Shown one piece after another: positions 18,010 through 27,942 of a DNA stretch of 34,495 nucleotides. How positions within the stretch are numbered: position 1 is the stretch's first letter; each line of letters starts with the position of its first letter. The stretch lies in contig CAINFV010000102.1 of assembly GCA_903848235.1 (NCBI GenBank), positions 1-34,495 of the forward strand, in the 5' to 3' direction. This DNA is from Chlamydiia bacterium. GTDB lineage: Bacteria > Chlamydiota > Chlamydiia > Chlamydiales > FEN-1388. The position numbers were made by a program, and so were the translations under genes. The notes under the pieces are model-generated. The model saw only the letters and a program-made list of their open reading frames with translations, was not told where the DNA came from and made no database searches.

Positions 18010-18415
18010 TGCCACCCGTCGGCTCTTCATGGACAACTTTTTTCCCAAAAAATGGACGGGTAAACGTTCCTAACATCATGCCAAGGCATAGTCCCGGAGC
18101 GGTGATGACAAGGGCCGCGAGTGCGGCAATGATAATAAAACCGCGGAAGATGCCCTCAGTAATCAGAAACTCTCGAAACTGAGAGGAGAGGATGAACGCA
18201 TGTTTTGAAAAGTACAGCCCCATGATGAAGCCAACGATGATGCCCCCAATGAAGGGCTCAAAAAAACAATACAGCAAGCTAGCTGCCAAGGCGAGATAGG
18301 CAATTGTATCACCCATGTTCGTCTTAAAGACATCGACGATTCCTCCGAGCATGGTAGGTTTAACAGGAGTCTCGTCTGTTACATTGGGCTTGTTTTCTTC
18401 CGGCGGAGTTCCCAT
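17978..18415 (-). CDS. Small multi-pass membrane hypothetical protein
   Basis: Two hydrophobic hairpins. The ATG at 18415 has a GAGG RBS and is preferred over the TTG at 18451. Confidence 0.8.
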   Translation of the reverse strand: MGTPPEENKPNVTDETPVKPTMLGGIVDVFKTNMGDTIAYLALAASLLYCFFEPFIGGIIVGFIMGLYFSKHAFILSSQFREFLITEGIFRGFIIIAALAALVITAPGLCLGMMLGTFTRPFFGKKVVHEEPTGGKGLSKNKLDK

Positions 18416-18457
18416 AGTGTTCCTCAATAAAGAGCTTGGGGCGTTTGACAAATGTTG

Positions 18458-18620
18458 CTCGTGCTATTTCCCGAAAGTTCGTTAACATCTGAATTTGTCC
18501 TTGCCTCTTACCTGCAAAGCTGCGATATACCAACATCCGTTGTTGGCGCTGTCGCCTGCTTGTCAATACACTGGTTTGGACGACCTCATGTGTTGATGAA
18601 CGTTCGGGAAATGGCACGAG
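18458..18620 (+). ncRNA. Structured ncRNA, candidate 6S RNA
   Basis: Long closing stem (18458-18500 with 18578-18620), central bubble and apical stem. Most non-Watson-Crick positions are G-U on the + strand. Confidence 0.6.
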
Positions 18621-18691
18621 GTCTTAAAATACAACGTCCGTGTGTACATACGCCTGAAGCTATGAATTTGTCAATTCTCTCTTTTTAGCAT

Positions 18692-20062
18692 ATGACGAAT
18701 ACTATCACTCCAAAGCATTTGTGGTTTATATCCGGGGCCTTCTGGATGGCAGCCATTGCCATGGCCGTCTTCTGTGGATTCTTTTTTTCGAGCCATGAAC
18801 GGCCCGTGATAGAAGATTCACCAGCGCTCCATGTATCTACGTTTCCGCCAATTCCCCGCGGATTTCTTCAGCCGCTGTCTCTTGAAGAAGCCCTGAACTC
18901 CCCGCCGTTTAGGTTGGCTGCAATTGAGCGTCCGATACGGCTGCCTGATTTGAGATCTCTTATCATGTTCTACGGATCGAACGATCGTCCTGATCGCTCG
19001 TCACATAACCGACGTCTGCAATTTGGTATGAGGGGAAACCCTACCGTGAGTACCACCCTCATTGGAGAGAAAGTCTATTTCAAATACGACACACGATCTA
19101 ATAAATGGTCGCTATCTGACGCTCCAACACCGTTAACGGCCGTCTTTTCTTCGCCGGATCCTGCTGTGCAAGTGAAAGTTGAGTTTCAAGATGACAAAGG
19201 CGTTGTCATCAACGTGCCTTCCGAGTTTCATTCTTTTCCATTGGCACCATCGCCAGCGCCAGCAGCTGCTGCGCAAGCTCATCAGTGGCTTTGTGGCTCT
19301 CTGCCTGTTGATAACACCTTGTTGGACCGCCAGGGAGCCGTCTGGTGGGGTCAAGATGAAGTGGTCTTAGCGTTTGGCGGCAAGGAAATGGGTTATGAAG
19401 CATCCCGTCAGCGTGTGCAGGTTGGCGCTGGAGAAAACGCTTATGTGCTTTGGGTGAAAGAAGATGATTGTTTTGTCTACGACGATGATAGGTGGAATCC
19501 CGTGGAGCTTGGAGGGAAGACAGTTGGTAAGCCGCTGTTGCAGGCACAGAGTATCGATGCTCATGCGATACACTTTCAGCTATGGAATCCTGATGGGACG
19601 GTCCGTCATTCGCTAGACCTTCTGTATCGAGAGGCGAAATGCGACATCAAAGTCCCTGAGATTAAGATGATTGGCGCTCGATCTAAAAAGCAGTGGATTG
19701 CAGAGATTCAGGGAAAACGGTTAACACTAACGCCAGATGATTGGGTGCTTCTCAAATCAGACGGTTTTGTTCAGCTTGATGATTCGCAGCTCTTAGATGA
19801 TTATCTGCAAGGACGTCTGACGGGAAATCTCCTTGCTTTCTCAGGGATTGAAAAGGTGGACGGTGAGTTGTGCTTGATGGGAACCTTTTACGATAGTACA
19901 AGGACTCTACAGGCTCCATTTGCTATCTCCTTGTACAGGTCATGGAGCAAACACGAACCATCTGTGGAAAGCATCTCTTCAGACGATGATGATGAGGATC
20001 TGTTTGAAGACGAAGATGAAGATGATGAAGATATCGATGATGATGAGATTGAAAAAGTGTAA
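18692..20062 (+). CDS. Single-pass membrane protein upstream of gspD, with acidic tail
   Basis: N-terminal TM segment, large beta-rich region, D/E tail. Ends 7 bp before gspD. Confidence 0.75.
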   Translation: MTNTITPKHLWFISGAFWMAAIAMAVFCGFFFSSHERPVIEDSPALHVSTFPPIPRGFLQPLSLEEALNSPPFRLAAIERPIRLPDLRSLIMFYGSNDRPDRSSHNRRLQFGMRGNPTVSTTLIGEKVYFKYDTRSNKWSLSDAPTPLTAVFSSPDPAVQVKVEFQDDKGVVINVPSEFHSFPLAPSPAPAAAAQAHQWLCGSLPVDNTLLDRQGAVWWGQDEVVLAFGGKEMGYEASRQRVQVGAGENAYVLWVKEDDCFVYDDDRWNPVELGGKTVGKPLLQAQSIDAHAIHFQLWNPDGTVRHSLDLLYREAKCDIKVPEIKMIGARSKKQWIAEIQGKRLTLTPDDWVLLKSDGFVQLDDSQLLDDYLQGRLTGNLLAFSGIEKVDGELCLMGTFYDSTRTLQAPFAISLYRSWSKHEPSVESISSDDDDEDLFEDEDEDDEDIDDDEIEKV

Positions 20063-20069
20063 AAAAATT

Positions 20070-22535
20070 ATGAAGTATCATTCTGTTTCTTTTCTACTCG
20101 TAATGACAGCCTTAGGGATAGGCTGGCCATTATTGCCGCAGCTGACGGCTGTCACATTCGCCCAAAAGCGAGAACAATTCGCTAAGACGGGAGGGTCGAC
20201 AGCAGGAAAGCATGAGTTAAAGACTATTCATGACTCTCTGTTGCAGAAAAGGGCAGAATTGAAAGCGACCTATGCAGAGATGCAAGACGTAATCTTTGCC
20301 GACGGGTCGTTAGACGTTGTCCTTGGGAAAGAACAGCTGGAAGTGGCCGAAGAGTATCATAAGAAAATATCTTCCCTTCAAAAAGAACTTCGTGCTCTTG
20401 AGCAAGAGTGGAAGGATGTGGCAATTGAAGAGTCCGATGATGAGATCGAAGGGCTGTGGCATCAGCCAGATTCAACGATCGGGCAGTTGGTCATCGACTA
20501 CAGTAGCGGAGACGCGGTCTTTGTAATGCCGCCAGACATCGCTGGATTTAAAATTCACCTTAGCTCGCGATTATCGGTTCCAAGAGCCTCTTGGAATGAG
20601 ATGCTGGATGTGATTTTAGCGAATTTTGGCATCGGCATTAAATCTCTGACCCCTTTTGTCAAGCAGCTCTACTTTTTGAGGCTCAACCAATCTGGTCTGC
20701 GCTGTATTACCGACGACAGAAAGATGCTCGACGCGCTCCCTCTAGAAGACAGAATTGCCTTTGTATGTTCTCCTCCTTCTGGGGAACTTCGTCGGATTCT
20801 GCAGTTCTTAGAGAAGTTTGCCCCTCAAGAGCAGCTGTCAGTACAGATGGTAGGCGGCCATCTGGCTCTTATAGGGCAGGTTCGAGAAGTCAAAGACCTG
20901 ATGAAAGTGTACGACTTTATCGCATCGCCAAAAAGAGCTCAGGAATATCGTATTATCACCCTCAAACGCGCCGACAGCGAAGAAGTGGCAAAAATTCTCA
21001 CCTGTATTTTTGAAGGAGAGATGACCCGTGCTGGGGATGGAGGGGCTGGCAATACACCGCCTCCTTCCATGCTGCTGCCGCAAGATGCTTCTTTTGGCTT
21101 TCGCGTCATACCCTTGAAGTACCCTGCCTCCTCATTATTTTTCATTGGGAAGCATGAGCAGATTGAAAAGGCTTGCAGTATCGTCCAGGACTTAGAGGTG
21201 AGTATCGGTGAAGTACAGGAGAAGACGATTCACTGGTATGCCTGCCGTCATTCAGAAGCAGAAGAGCTGGCAAAGGTCCTCAGCCAAGTATATTGCAAGA
21301 TGATGGGAGTGACGGCGCAAGCCCCTTTAAAAGGGATATCAAGCGGTCCTAAACCTGATGCTTTGAGTACGATGCAAGCAAAGATCCAGGCTCGAGAACA
21401 TGCCGAAGACAGTCTCATCGTTGACTCATCTCCTGTTGCTATGTCAACGGAAAAAAGCAGCGGCTCACAGGGAATCTCTGAGAATTTTATCGTTGACCCA
21501 AAGACAAATTCGATCATCATGGTAGTAGAGAATTATGTCTACCCGAATCTCAAAGAGCTTTTGCAGAAACTTGATGTTCCAAAGCGCATGGTACAGATTG
21601 ACGTGCTGCTGTTTGAAAAGAAGGTGTCTGATTCGAGCTCTATGGGGTTAAGCCGCCTGAAAATGGGCGATGCGGCTTCTGGTAGAAAGAGAGACGGACT
21701 CCTGTGGACGGATGTCTCCCATGAGACAGCGAAGAGAAAGCAGAAGCACCATAAGAAAGAGAACAAGGATCATAAAGAAAGTATTGGGGGGATTCTCGAG
21801 TTTTTCATTTCTAGAGGTAGAAGTGGAGTTTTTCCCGCCTATGACTTGGCATATCAGTTTCTCTTGACGCAAGAGGATATTCAGATTAATGCCAATCCAA
21901 CAGTGACAACAGTGAACCAGACTCCAGCCAAGATTGCCGTTGTTGATCAGATTTCCATTAACACCGGAGCTGTAGAGTTTGACAAGGACCATGTCAAGGA
22001 TTCGTATTCACGGGCAGAATACGGCATCACCATCCAAATCACACCTACTGTCCATTCGAAAATTGATGAAGAGAACAATGACGAACCGAAGTTTGTTACC
22101 TTGACGACGGATATCATCTTCGACTCTACGCGTCCCGATAAACATGAACGCCCTGATGTCACGCGACGCAATATCAAAAACGAGGTTCGCGTTCAAGATG
22201 GGGAGACGGTGATCTTAGGGGGGCTGCGCCGCAAGCTATCCAGCGGGCAGGAGCAGATGATTCCCTTTTTAGGTGAGCTGCCAGGGTTGGGCAAGCTGTT
22301 TAGCATGTCAAGCCTCTCTGATTCAAATACCGAGATGTTTATCTTCTTAACACCAAGGATCCTCCCCGATGACCATGAGCAGTGGAAGGAAGTTCGCCGG
22401 AAAGAACTTGCGCGTCGTCCTGGAGACACCCCGGAGTTTCTAGATGAAGTTCTTGAGGCACGTCGTGCGAAGAAGGAGATGCTGATGTCAAAAAGCATTC
22501 GCATGTTGATTGGAAAACCAGATATTTCTATGTAA
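20070..22535 (+). CDS. gspD: Type II secretion secretin
   Basis: Signal peptide from the ATG at 20070, N3-type repeats, LDVPKRMVQIDV, and secretin motifs DGETVILGGL..IPFLGELPGLGKLF..EMFIFLTPRI. Confidence 0.93.
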   Translation: MKYHSVSFLLVMTALGIGWPLLPQLTAVTFAQKREQFAKTGGSTAGKHELKTIHDSLLQKRAELKATYAEMQDVIFADGSLDVVLGKEQLEVAEEYHKKISSLQKELRALEQEWKDVAIEESDDEIEGLWHQPDSTIGQLVIDYSSGDAVFVMPPDIAGFKIHLSSRLSVPRASWNEMLDVILANFGIGIKSLTPFVKQLYFLRLNQSGLRCITDDRKMLDALPLEDRIAFVCSPPSGELRRILQFLEKFAPQEQLSVQMVGGHLALIGQVREVKDLMKVYDFIASPKRAQEYRIITLKRADSEEVAKILTCIFEGEMTRAGDGGAGNTPPPSMLLPQDASFGFRVIPLKYPASSLFFIGKHEQIEKACSIVQDLEVSIGEVQEKTIHWYACRHSEAEELAKVLSQVYCKMMGVTAQAPLKGISSGPKPDALSTMQAKIQAREHAEDSLIVDSSPVAMSTEKSSGSQGISENFIVDPKTNSIIMVVENYVYPNLKELLQKLDVPKRMVQIDVLLFEKKVSDSSSMGLSRLKMGDAASGRKRDGLLWTDVSHETAKRKQKHHKKENKDHKESIGGILEFFISRGRSGVFPAYDLAYQFLLTQEDIQINANPTVTTVNQTPAKIAVVDQISINTGAVEFDKDHVKDSYSRAEYGITIQITPTVHSKIDEENNDEPKFVTLTTDIIFDSTRPDKHERPDVTRRNIKNEVRVQDGETVILGGLRRKLSSGQEQMIPFLGELPGLGKLFSMSSLSDSNTEMFIFLTPRILPDDHEQWKEVRRKELARRPGDTPEFLDEVLEARRAKKEMLMSKSIRMLIGKPDISM

Positions 22536-22551
22536 GGAGTTTTTCAACGCC

Positions 22552-24207
22552 ATGCCTCTGACACCAGCTCTTGAAGATATTCGAAAAAGATATCAGCAAC
22601 TTGTGACATGGGCGAGCTCTCTTCCTCTTGTTGTGAAGGTATTCGGGCAGCATAAAGTACTAAGGACGCATGAATTCGCAGCGGCTCTGATACGTCCTAA
22701 GAACAAGGGAGAAGATGGAGAGGCTCTTGCAAAGCAGCTTGGCTTGCCAACAGCTGCAACGTTAGCAGAGCTTTCTATCGACCGCAGGTTAATGAAGGTC
22801 GTGTCCTATGCCTTTGTGAAGCGCGCTCTTATCCTTCCTGTCTCTGAAGATGAGACTACGCTGACGGTTGCTCTGTCTGACCCGCTTGCCACAGAAGCTC
22901 TCGATGAGCTGCGCTTTCAATTTCGCAAAATCATCCGCATGATCTGGGTTCCGAAGGAGGCTCTTCTCTCGGCAATCCATGAGTACTATCAGCAGGATGA
23001 GAATGCCGCCAGCATCTTGATAGAAGAGATGGGAGAGTCATCTCAAGATGGGAAGTTCGACGAGACGCTAGCCATCTATGACATCCTCGAAGACGACCTG
23101 CAGCAGCCGCCTGCTATCCGGCTTCTTAACCTGATTGTTGGCGAGGCCATTAAGCGGGGAGCTTCTGATATTCACTTTGATCCTGAGGAGAGAGGGCTCA
23201 TTATCCGCTATCGAATCGACGGGGTGTTGCATCAGCATTTAGTGCCTCCCCAGGATCTGCAGTCGCCTCTTATCACGCGGGTGAAGGTCATGGCAAAGAT
23301 GGATATTGCCGAGCGCCGCCTTCCCCAGGATGGGCGTGTGAAGATGCGTATGGGAGCGAAGGTAATCGACTTTCGGGTGAGTACGCTTCCTGTCTCCTGT
23401 GGAGAGCGTGTTGTGATGCGGCTTCTTGACAGAGGGAATATTGTCTTAGGGCTTGACTATCTTGGGATGCCAAAAACAGTTCTTGATAGCTTCCGCCGCT
23501 TAATTGACTGTTCGGAAGGAATGATCTTAGTAACGGGGCCTACAGGAAGCGGTAAGACAACGACGCTGTACAGCGCTCTGTCTGAGCTGAAGAGTCCAGA
23601 AGTCAACATCATGACTATCGAAGACCCTGTTGAGTACCGCCTGCCAGGCGTTGCTCAGTTGGGTGTGCACCCGAAAATCGGCTTAACCTTCTCCACTGGG
23701 CTTCGCCATATCCTCCGTCAGGACCCAGATATCATCATGATTGGTGAGATCCGTGATAAAGAGACGGCAGAAATTGCTATTCAATCTGCTCTGACAGGTC
23801 ACCTTGTTGTCAGCACCTTGCACACCAATGACGCCTGTTCTGCTGTCACACGGCTGGTTGATATGGGGATAGAGCCATATCTTATCTCATCGTGCTGCTT
23901 AGGGGCTTTAGCGCAGAGGCTTATTCGGAAAATATGCACGGCATGTGGAGGCAAAAAACTACCTTCTCCGTGTCCTATCTGTCTAGGATCAGGGTTTTAC
24001 GGCCGTCATGGCATGTATGAGATGATGTCGATGACAAGGGCTTTGCGCCAGCAGATTGCAAAAAGTCCAGAAGCCTCGCTTCTTCTCGATATTGCTAAGT
24101 CAGAAGGGCTGCAGACTTTAAGTGAACAGGGTAAGGAACTGGTGAAAGAAGGGATTACGACGGCAGAAGAGGTCTGGCGTGTGACAAGGGGCGGGGAGTC
24201 AGTGTAA
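22552..24207 (+). CDS. gspE: Type II secretion ATPase
   Basis: ASDIHFDP, ERRLPQDGR, GPTGSGKTT, TIEDPVEY, LRQDPD, GEIRD, TGHLVVSTLH and two CxxC motifs. AAGGAG lies upstream of ATG 22552. Confidence 0.95.
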   Translation: MPLTPALEDIRKRYQQLVTWASSLPLVVKVFGQHKVLRTHEFAAALIRPKNKGEDGEALAKQLGLPTAATLAELSIDRRLMKVVSYAFVKRALILPVSEDETTLTVALSDPLATEALDELRFQFRKIIRMIWVPKEALLSAIHEYYQQDENAASILIEEMGESSQDGKFDETLAIYDILEDDLQQPPAIRLLNLIVGEAIKRGASDIHFDPEERGLIIRYRIDGVLHQHLVPPQDLQSPLITRVKVMAKMDIAERRLPQDGRVKMRMGAKVIDFRVSTLPVSCGERVVMRLLDRGNIVLGLDYLGMPKTVLDSFRRLIDCSEGMILVTGPTGSGKTTTLYSALSELKSPEVNIMTIEDPVEYRLPGVAQLGVHPKIGLTFSTGLRHILRQDPDIIMIGEIRDKETAEIAIQSALTGHLVVSTLHTNDACSAVTRLVDMGIEPYLISSCCLGALAQRLIRKICTACGGKKLPSPCPICLGSGFYGRHGMYEMMSMTRALRQQIAKSPEASLLLDIAKSEGLQTLSEQGKELVKEGITTAEEVWRVTRGGESV

Positions 24208-25398
24208 ATGGGGATATTTCAGTATCGAGCTGTAAAAGCTGATGGCCAGCGGCTTAAAGGGTCTTTAGAGGCGACGAGTTTTGATGAAGCCAAGAGGTTA
24301 TTGCGAGAGCAGCAGCTGATTATTATTGGCTTAGAAGAGTCGGCTCCAGCACAGAAAAAATGCTTAAAAATGTCATACGAGCAGAGGGTTATCTTTACCT
24401 CTCAGCTCTCCCAGCTGTTGGAGGCTAGCGTCCCTCTCTATGAAGCTCTAGAAGCGTTAGAAGAGCAGGCACAGGGCGAGCCCTACCAAGCGGTTATCAC
24501 TGCTGTCCGCGAACAGATTCGTAAGGGGGTTTCTTTTTCTACCGCTTTAGGGAGTTATCCTGACACCTTTTCTCCGCTCTTCCGCGCCATTGTTGTTGCA
24601 GGAGAGTCTGTAGGACGGCTTGATAGCGCTCTTCTTCGGCTAAGCCAGCTGTTGACTTCTGAGAAGCAGTCTCGTCAGAAGTTAATTTCTGCCCTCCTCT
24701 ATCCTGCCATCCTTTCCGTTCTTCTTGTTGCCTCGTTGTGTATTTTAATCTTCTTCGTTATCCCCTCTATAGAAGGGTTGTTTGAAGGACGGGAGCTTCC
24801 TGCTTTCTCAACGATAGTGATCTCTACTGCCCACTTTATCCATCGCAACACCGTCTGGATTCTTGTCTTGGGATGTGGGGGGCTCGCTCTCTCCATATAC
24901 CACCTGTCAAATCCTCTTGCCAGAGAGCGTTTGATTGCCAAGATGCTACGATGGCCGGTGGTTGGCCCCTATTTGCTGAAGTCGTGCCTTGCTCGTTTTG
25001 CAAAGACCCTCTCGAATCTGATTGCTGGCGGCACACCTTTGAGCTCGGCGCTGGTATTTGCGAAAGAGGCTATTGGGAATGCTGTGCTTGAAAGCGAGAT
25101 GGAGCAAGCGTCGAAGGAGATTATCGAAGGGCAGACTTTCTCTTCCTCGTTACACAGGTCTGAACTTATCCCCCCCCTCTTTGCCAGGATGGTGCTGATT
25201 GGGGAGGAGACAGGGCGGCTGGCCCCGATGCTTGCCAACGTCTCTGCGTTGTATGAAGAAGATAGCGACCGTCTTCTTGAGCGTGCGGTGAGTCTCTTGC
25301 AGCCTCTTCTCTTGGTCACCATGGGCCTGGTCATCGGTGCTACCCTTTTGGCGATCCTCCTGCCTCTTGCCGACTTTGGCTCGATGCTGGATACGTAG
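24208..25398 (+). CDS. gspF: Type II secretion inner-membrane platform protein
   Basis: Two T2SSF repeats (AGESVGRLD, ALLYP, IGEETGRL), abutting gspE. Confidence 0.94.
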   Translation: MGIFQYRAVKADGQRLKGSLEATSFDEAKRLLREQQLIIIGLEESAPAQKKCLKMSYEQRVIFTSQLSQLLEASVPLYEALEALEEQAQGEPYQAVITAVREQIRKGVSFSTALGSYPDTFSPLFRAIVVAGESVGRLDSALLRLSQLLTSEKQSRQKLISALLYPAILSVLLVASLCILIFFVIPSIEGLFEGRELPAFSTIVISTAHFIHRNTVWILVLGCGGLALSIYHLSNPLARERLIAKMLRWPVVGPYLLKSCLARFAKTLSNLIAGGTPLSSALVFAKEAIGNAVLESEMEQASKEIIEGQTFSSSLHRSELIPPLFARMVLIGEETGRLAPMLANVSALYEEDSDRLLERAVSLLQPLLLVTMGLVIGATLLAILLPLADFGSMLDT

Positions 25399-25401
25399 GC
25401 G

Positions 25402-26274
25402 TCATGCCATCGGTCTCTTTTTTCCAGTGGTTTTTGTTGCTTTCGAGATGAACGGTCGTATTTTCTCTTTCCATTTCTTCGGTACAGCAGAATGTCGGAT
25501 AGCGACGTAATTGCAAAAGCGATAATTTTCAAGGGAGTCGGACCATGTTGGCACAAAGACAAGGCCATCAGGAATCAGGCGAAAAATGAGAACTCTTTTG
25601 TCTGAAAGGTAGTCAAACACGGACTTGAGGGTGATATTGGATCCATGGAATGTGTAGCCATATTCAAATTGAATCGCCTGTATCCTCTTGTTTTTAAGCA
25701 TGTGTCGAGCGCCTTGAAGAACCGAAAGCTCATGGCCTTCGACATCGATTTTCATAAAATCGATCTTTGAAATTTTGTTTTTCCGGCAGAACAGGTCTGT
25801 TGTGGTCTTGGTGATAGTAATCTCTTCCATTGGCCGTACTCCCTGTGCTTCTAGGGTAGGCTGTCGATATAAACTGCTTGTCCCGCTTTCTTTGAAGGAG
25901 TTGCCATACACAAAAAAACTCTGTTTTCCCACAGTGTTTGAAAGTGCGGTGTTGAAAAGAGTTGCGTTTGTATTCTGTATCCTTTGTCGATAGAGCTCGC
26001 ATACCTGAGGGATGGGCTCAAAGGCTTTTATATGAATCGTCGGCTGTATCTCCAATGCTTTCTCTGTCCACTCTCCTATGTTCGCGCCAACGTCAAATAC
26101 CAGCTGTCCAGGCCGTAAGTACTCTCGAAGGAGGGTATCTTCGCCATCACCGACAATGTTGGGAAGGTCATAACCTAGATGCTGAGTTTGTGGGCCTTCA
26201 ATCAGGATTTCGTAGGCATGAAGTCCTAAAGAGGAGCCTATCGCATATATCAGTAGTGCATGCCAATGTTTCAT
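25402..26274 (-). CDS. FkbM-family SAM-dependent methyltransferase with signal-peptide-like N-terminus
   Basis: VFDVGANIG, AFEP, IDFMKIDVEGHE..VLQG, IQFE. N-terminus MKHWHALLIYAIGSSLGLHA. Confidence 0.9.
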   Translation of the reverse strand: MKHWHALLIYAIGSSLGLHAYEILIEGPQTQHLGYDLPNIVGDGEDTLLREYLRPGQLVFDVGANIGEWTEKALEIQPTIHIKAFEPIPQVCELYRQRIQNTNATLFNTALSNTVGKQSFFVYGNSFKESGTSSLYRQPTLEAQGVRPMEEITITKTTTDLFCRKNKISKIDFMKIDVEGHELSVLQGARHMLKNKRIQAIQFEYGYTFHGSNITLKSVFDYLSDKRVLIFRLIPDGLVFVPTWSDSLENYRFCNYVAIRHSAVPKKWKEKIRPFISKATKTTGKKRPMA

Positions 26275-26376
26275 TCAAAAAAACCTCTTTCAAGCCTCTC
26301 CCTTTTAGGGAGGGGCAGTTGACTGCTTTCTCATTTTTGCAAACTCAAGTATACTATATCCGGACCAGTTGAAAAA

Positions 26377-26667
26377 TTGTTTTTTTGTCTCTTCCTTATC
26401 GGAGTGTATTCTGTGCTTTTGTACCGAATTGTTGATATGTTTTTTACTTGTTATATAGCAATGCTTTCCATTGCTATTATAAGTTCTTGGTTTCCGGAAC
26501 TTGAAGAATTTAAGGTAATAAAATTTATAAGGTTCTATACTGATCCTTATTTAAATATTTTTCGGCGATTGATCCCTCCGTTTGGGATGCTAGACGTCAG
26601 CCCTATTGTGGCGTTTATTGCCCTTCAATTTATTGAGGCTATCGTCAAGAGGATTCTTTTCTCGTGA
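26377..26667 (+). CDS. yggT: YggT family membrane protein
   Basis: SWFP...YTDPYLNIFRRLIPPFGMLDVSPIVA. Start uncertain. Confidence 0.9.
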   Translation: MFFCLFLIGVYSVLLYRIVDMFFTCYIAMLSIAIISSWFPELEEFKVIKFIRFYTDPYLNIFRRLIPPFGMLDVSPIVAFIALQFIEAIVKRILFS

Positions 26668-27653
26668 GCACTCCCTCTCTGATACATCCGCTTCAGATCG
26701 GCACCCTTGCCCTTCCCACAAATATCATCTTCGCCCCCCTCGCTGGGTGCTCAGACTTCCCATATCGCCAGATGTGTCGGAAGTACCACCAAGGGCTTAT
26801 CTATTGCGAGATGGTCAAGATGGAGGCCATTGTTCGATCGCAGGCTACCTCATTTCGCATGTTGCACTACAGTGCTGATATGCATCCTATTGGAGCGCAG
26901 CTGTGCGGCAGCAATCCAAAACTGGCCTCTACTGCTGCCAAAATTATTGAGGATATGGGGTTTGATATTCTTGATTTGAACTGCGGGTGCCCTGTTGACA
27001 AGGTTACAGCGGACGGAAGTGGTTCAGGACTTCTTCGTACCCCCACGCGTATTGGCGAAATTTTGGCGAATATGATTGCCGCCGTTCGTATTCCTGTCAC
27101 GGTCAAGATCCGAGTAGGGTGGGACGACGATCATATCATCGTCGAAGATCTTGTGAGAATGGCGGAACTTGCGGGGGCACAAGCGATTACTGTTCATGGC
27201 CGTACGCGAAAGCAGGGGTATAGTGGGGAAGCAAATAGAGAATGGATACGATTGGCCAAACAGCAGTCCCATGGGATCAAAGTGATAGGTAATGGAGATG
27301 TCTTCTCAGCGCCATCTGCGCTGCGTATGCTTGCAGAAACCGGATGTGATGGTGTGCTGCTCGCCCGAGGCGGTATTGGACAGCCGTGGCTTGCCGAAGA
27401 TATTTGGCATCTAGAGCAAGGCCTCTGTGTCTCTGGCAGGAGTGCCGATGAGAGACGGCGTGTGCTGCTCGATCACTTTGAAGCGGCATTATCGTATGGA
27501 GGCGACGCTCAGGCGATTGTTGACATGCGGCGTATAGGGTGTTCGTACATCGGGCGCCTTCCAGGTGGAAGGCGCTTCCGAGAAGCCTTTAGCAAAGCTT
27601 CTTCTCTCCAAGAGCTTCGTGAGCTCATCATAGAGGTTCCGATGGAGGAGTGA
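26664..27653 (+). CDS. dusB: tRNA-dihydrouridine synthase
   Basis: APLAG, DLNCGCP, PVTVKIRVGWD, VHGRT, GNGDV. Confidence 0.92.
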   Translation: MSTPSLIHPLQIGTLALPTNIIFAPLAGCSDFPYRQMCRKYHQGLIYCEMVKMEAIVRSQATSFRMLHYSADMHPIGAQLCGSNPKLASTAAKIIEDMGFDILDLNCGCPVDKVTADGSGSGLLRTPTRIGEILANMIAAVRIPVTVKIRVGWDDDHIIVEDLVRMAELAGAQAITVHGRTRKQGYSGEANREWIRLAKQQSHGIKVIGNGDVFSAPSALRMLAETGCDGVLLARGGIGQPWLAEDIWHLEQGLCVSGRSADERRRVLLDHFEAALSYGGDAQAIVDMRRIGCSYIGRLPGGRRFREAFSKASSLQELRELIIEVPMEE

Positions 27654-27942
27654 TTGGAAGCGATGCCTTGGCACGCTCCCCTCCAGAGACCACGGCCTTC
27701 AGAGCGACCTCTAGCCAGAGCATGTTCAGCGTGTCACGCAGAGGGTGATCTTGAGGGATTCTCGACAGATCAACCTCTTCTGGCAGGAAAAGCTTGCTAA
27801 GCTCCGCAGATGACAGTTTTGCATGTGACGAGGGGGGGAGCTCTTCTGGAAGGTGGTACAGCGACCTCCCTTTTTCCTCTTTTGGTAGTGATAGTGGCGT
27901 CGGCTGGATATTTCCAGGAGCACTGCCTCCAATTCGCGTCAT
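27628..27942 (-). CDS. Hypothetical protein coupled to the SycD-like gene
   Basis: ATGA overlap with the upstream gene, G/S/P-rich N-terminus. Confidence 0.6.
   Translation of the reverse strand: MTRIGGSAPGNIQPTPLSLPKEEKGRSLYHLPEELPPSSHAKLSSAELSKLFLPEEVDLSRIPQDHPLRDTLNMLWLEVALKAVVSGGERAKASLPITPPSEPL

Noticed and set aside
17809..18688. Short ORFs 17809-18048, 18360-18617 and 18452-18688
   Set aside because: They overlie the palindromic element and structured RNA and show no protein-like features.
19981..20048. GAT/GAA triplet-rich tract
   Set aside because: Simply encodes the acidic tail; not a repeat array.
26294..26316. Hairpin GCCTCTCCCT-ttt-AGGGAGGGGC between divergent FkbM and yggT genes
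   Set aside because: Real but unassignable; neither neighbouring gene ends here, so it is not called a terminator.
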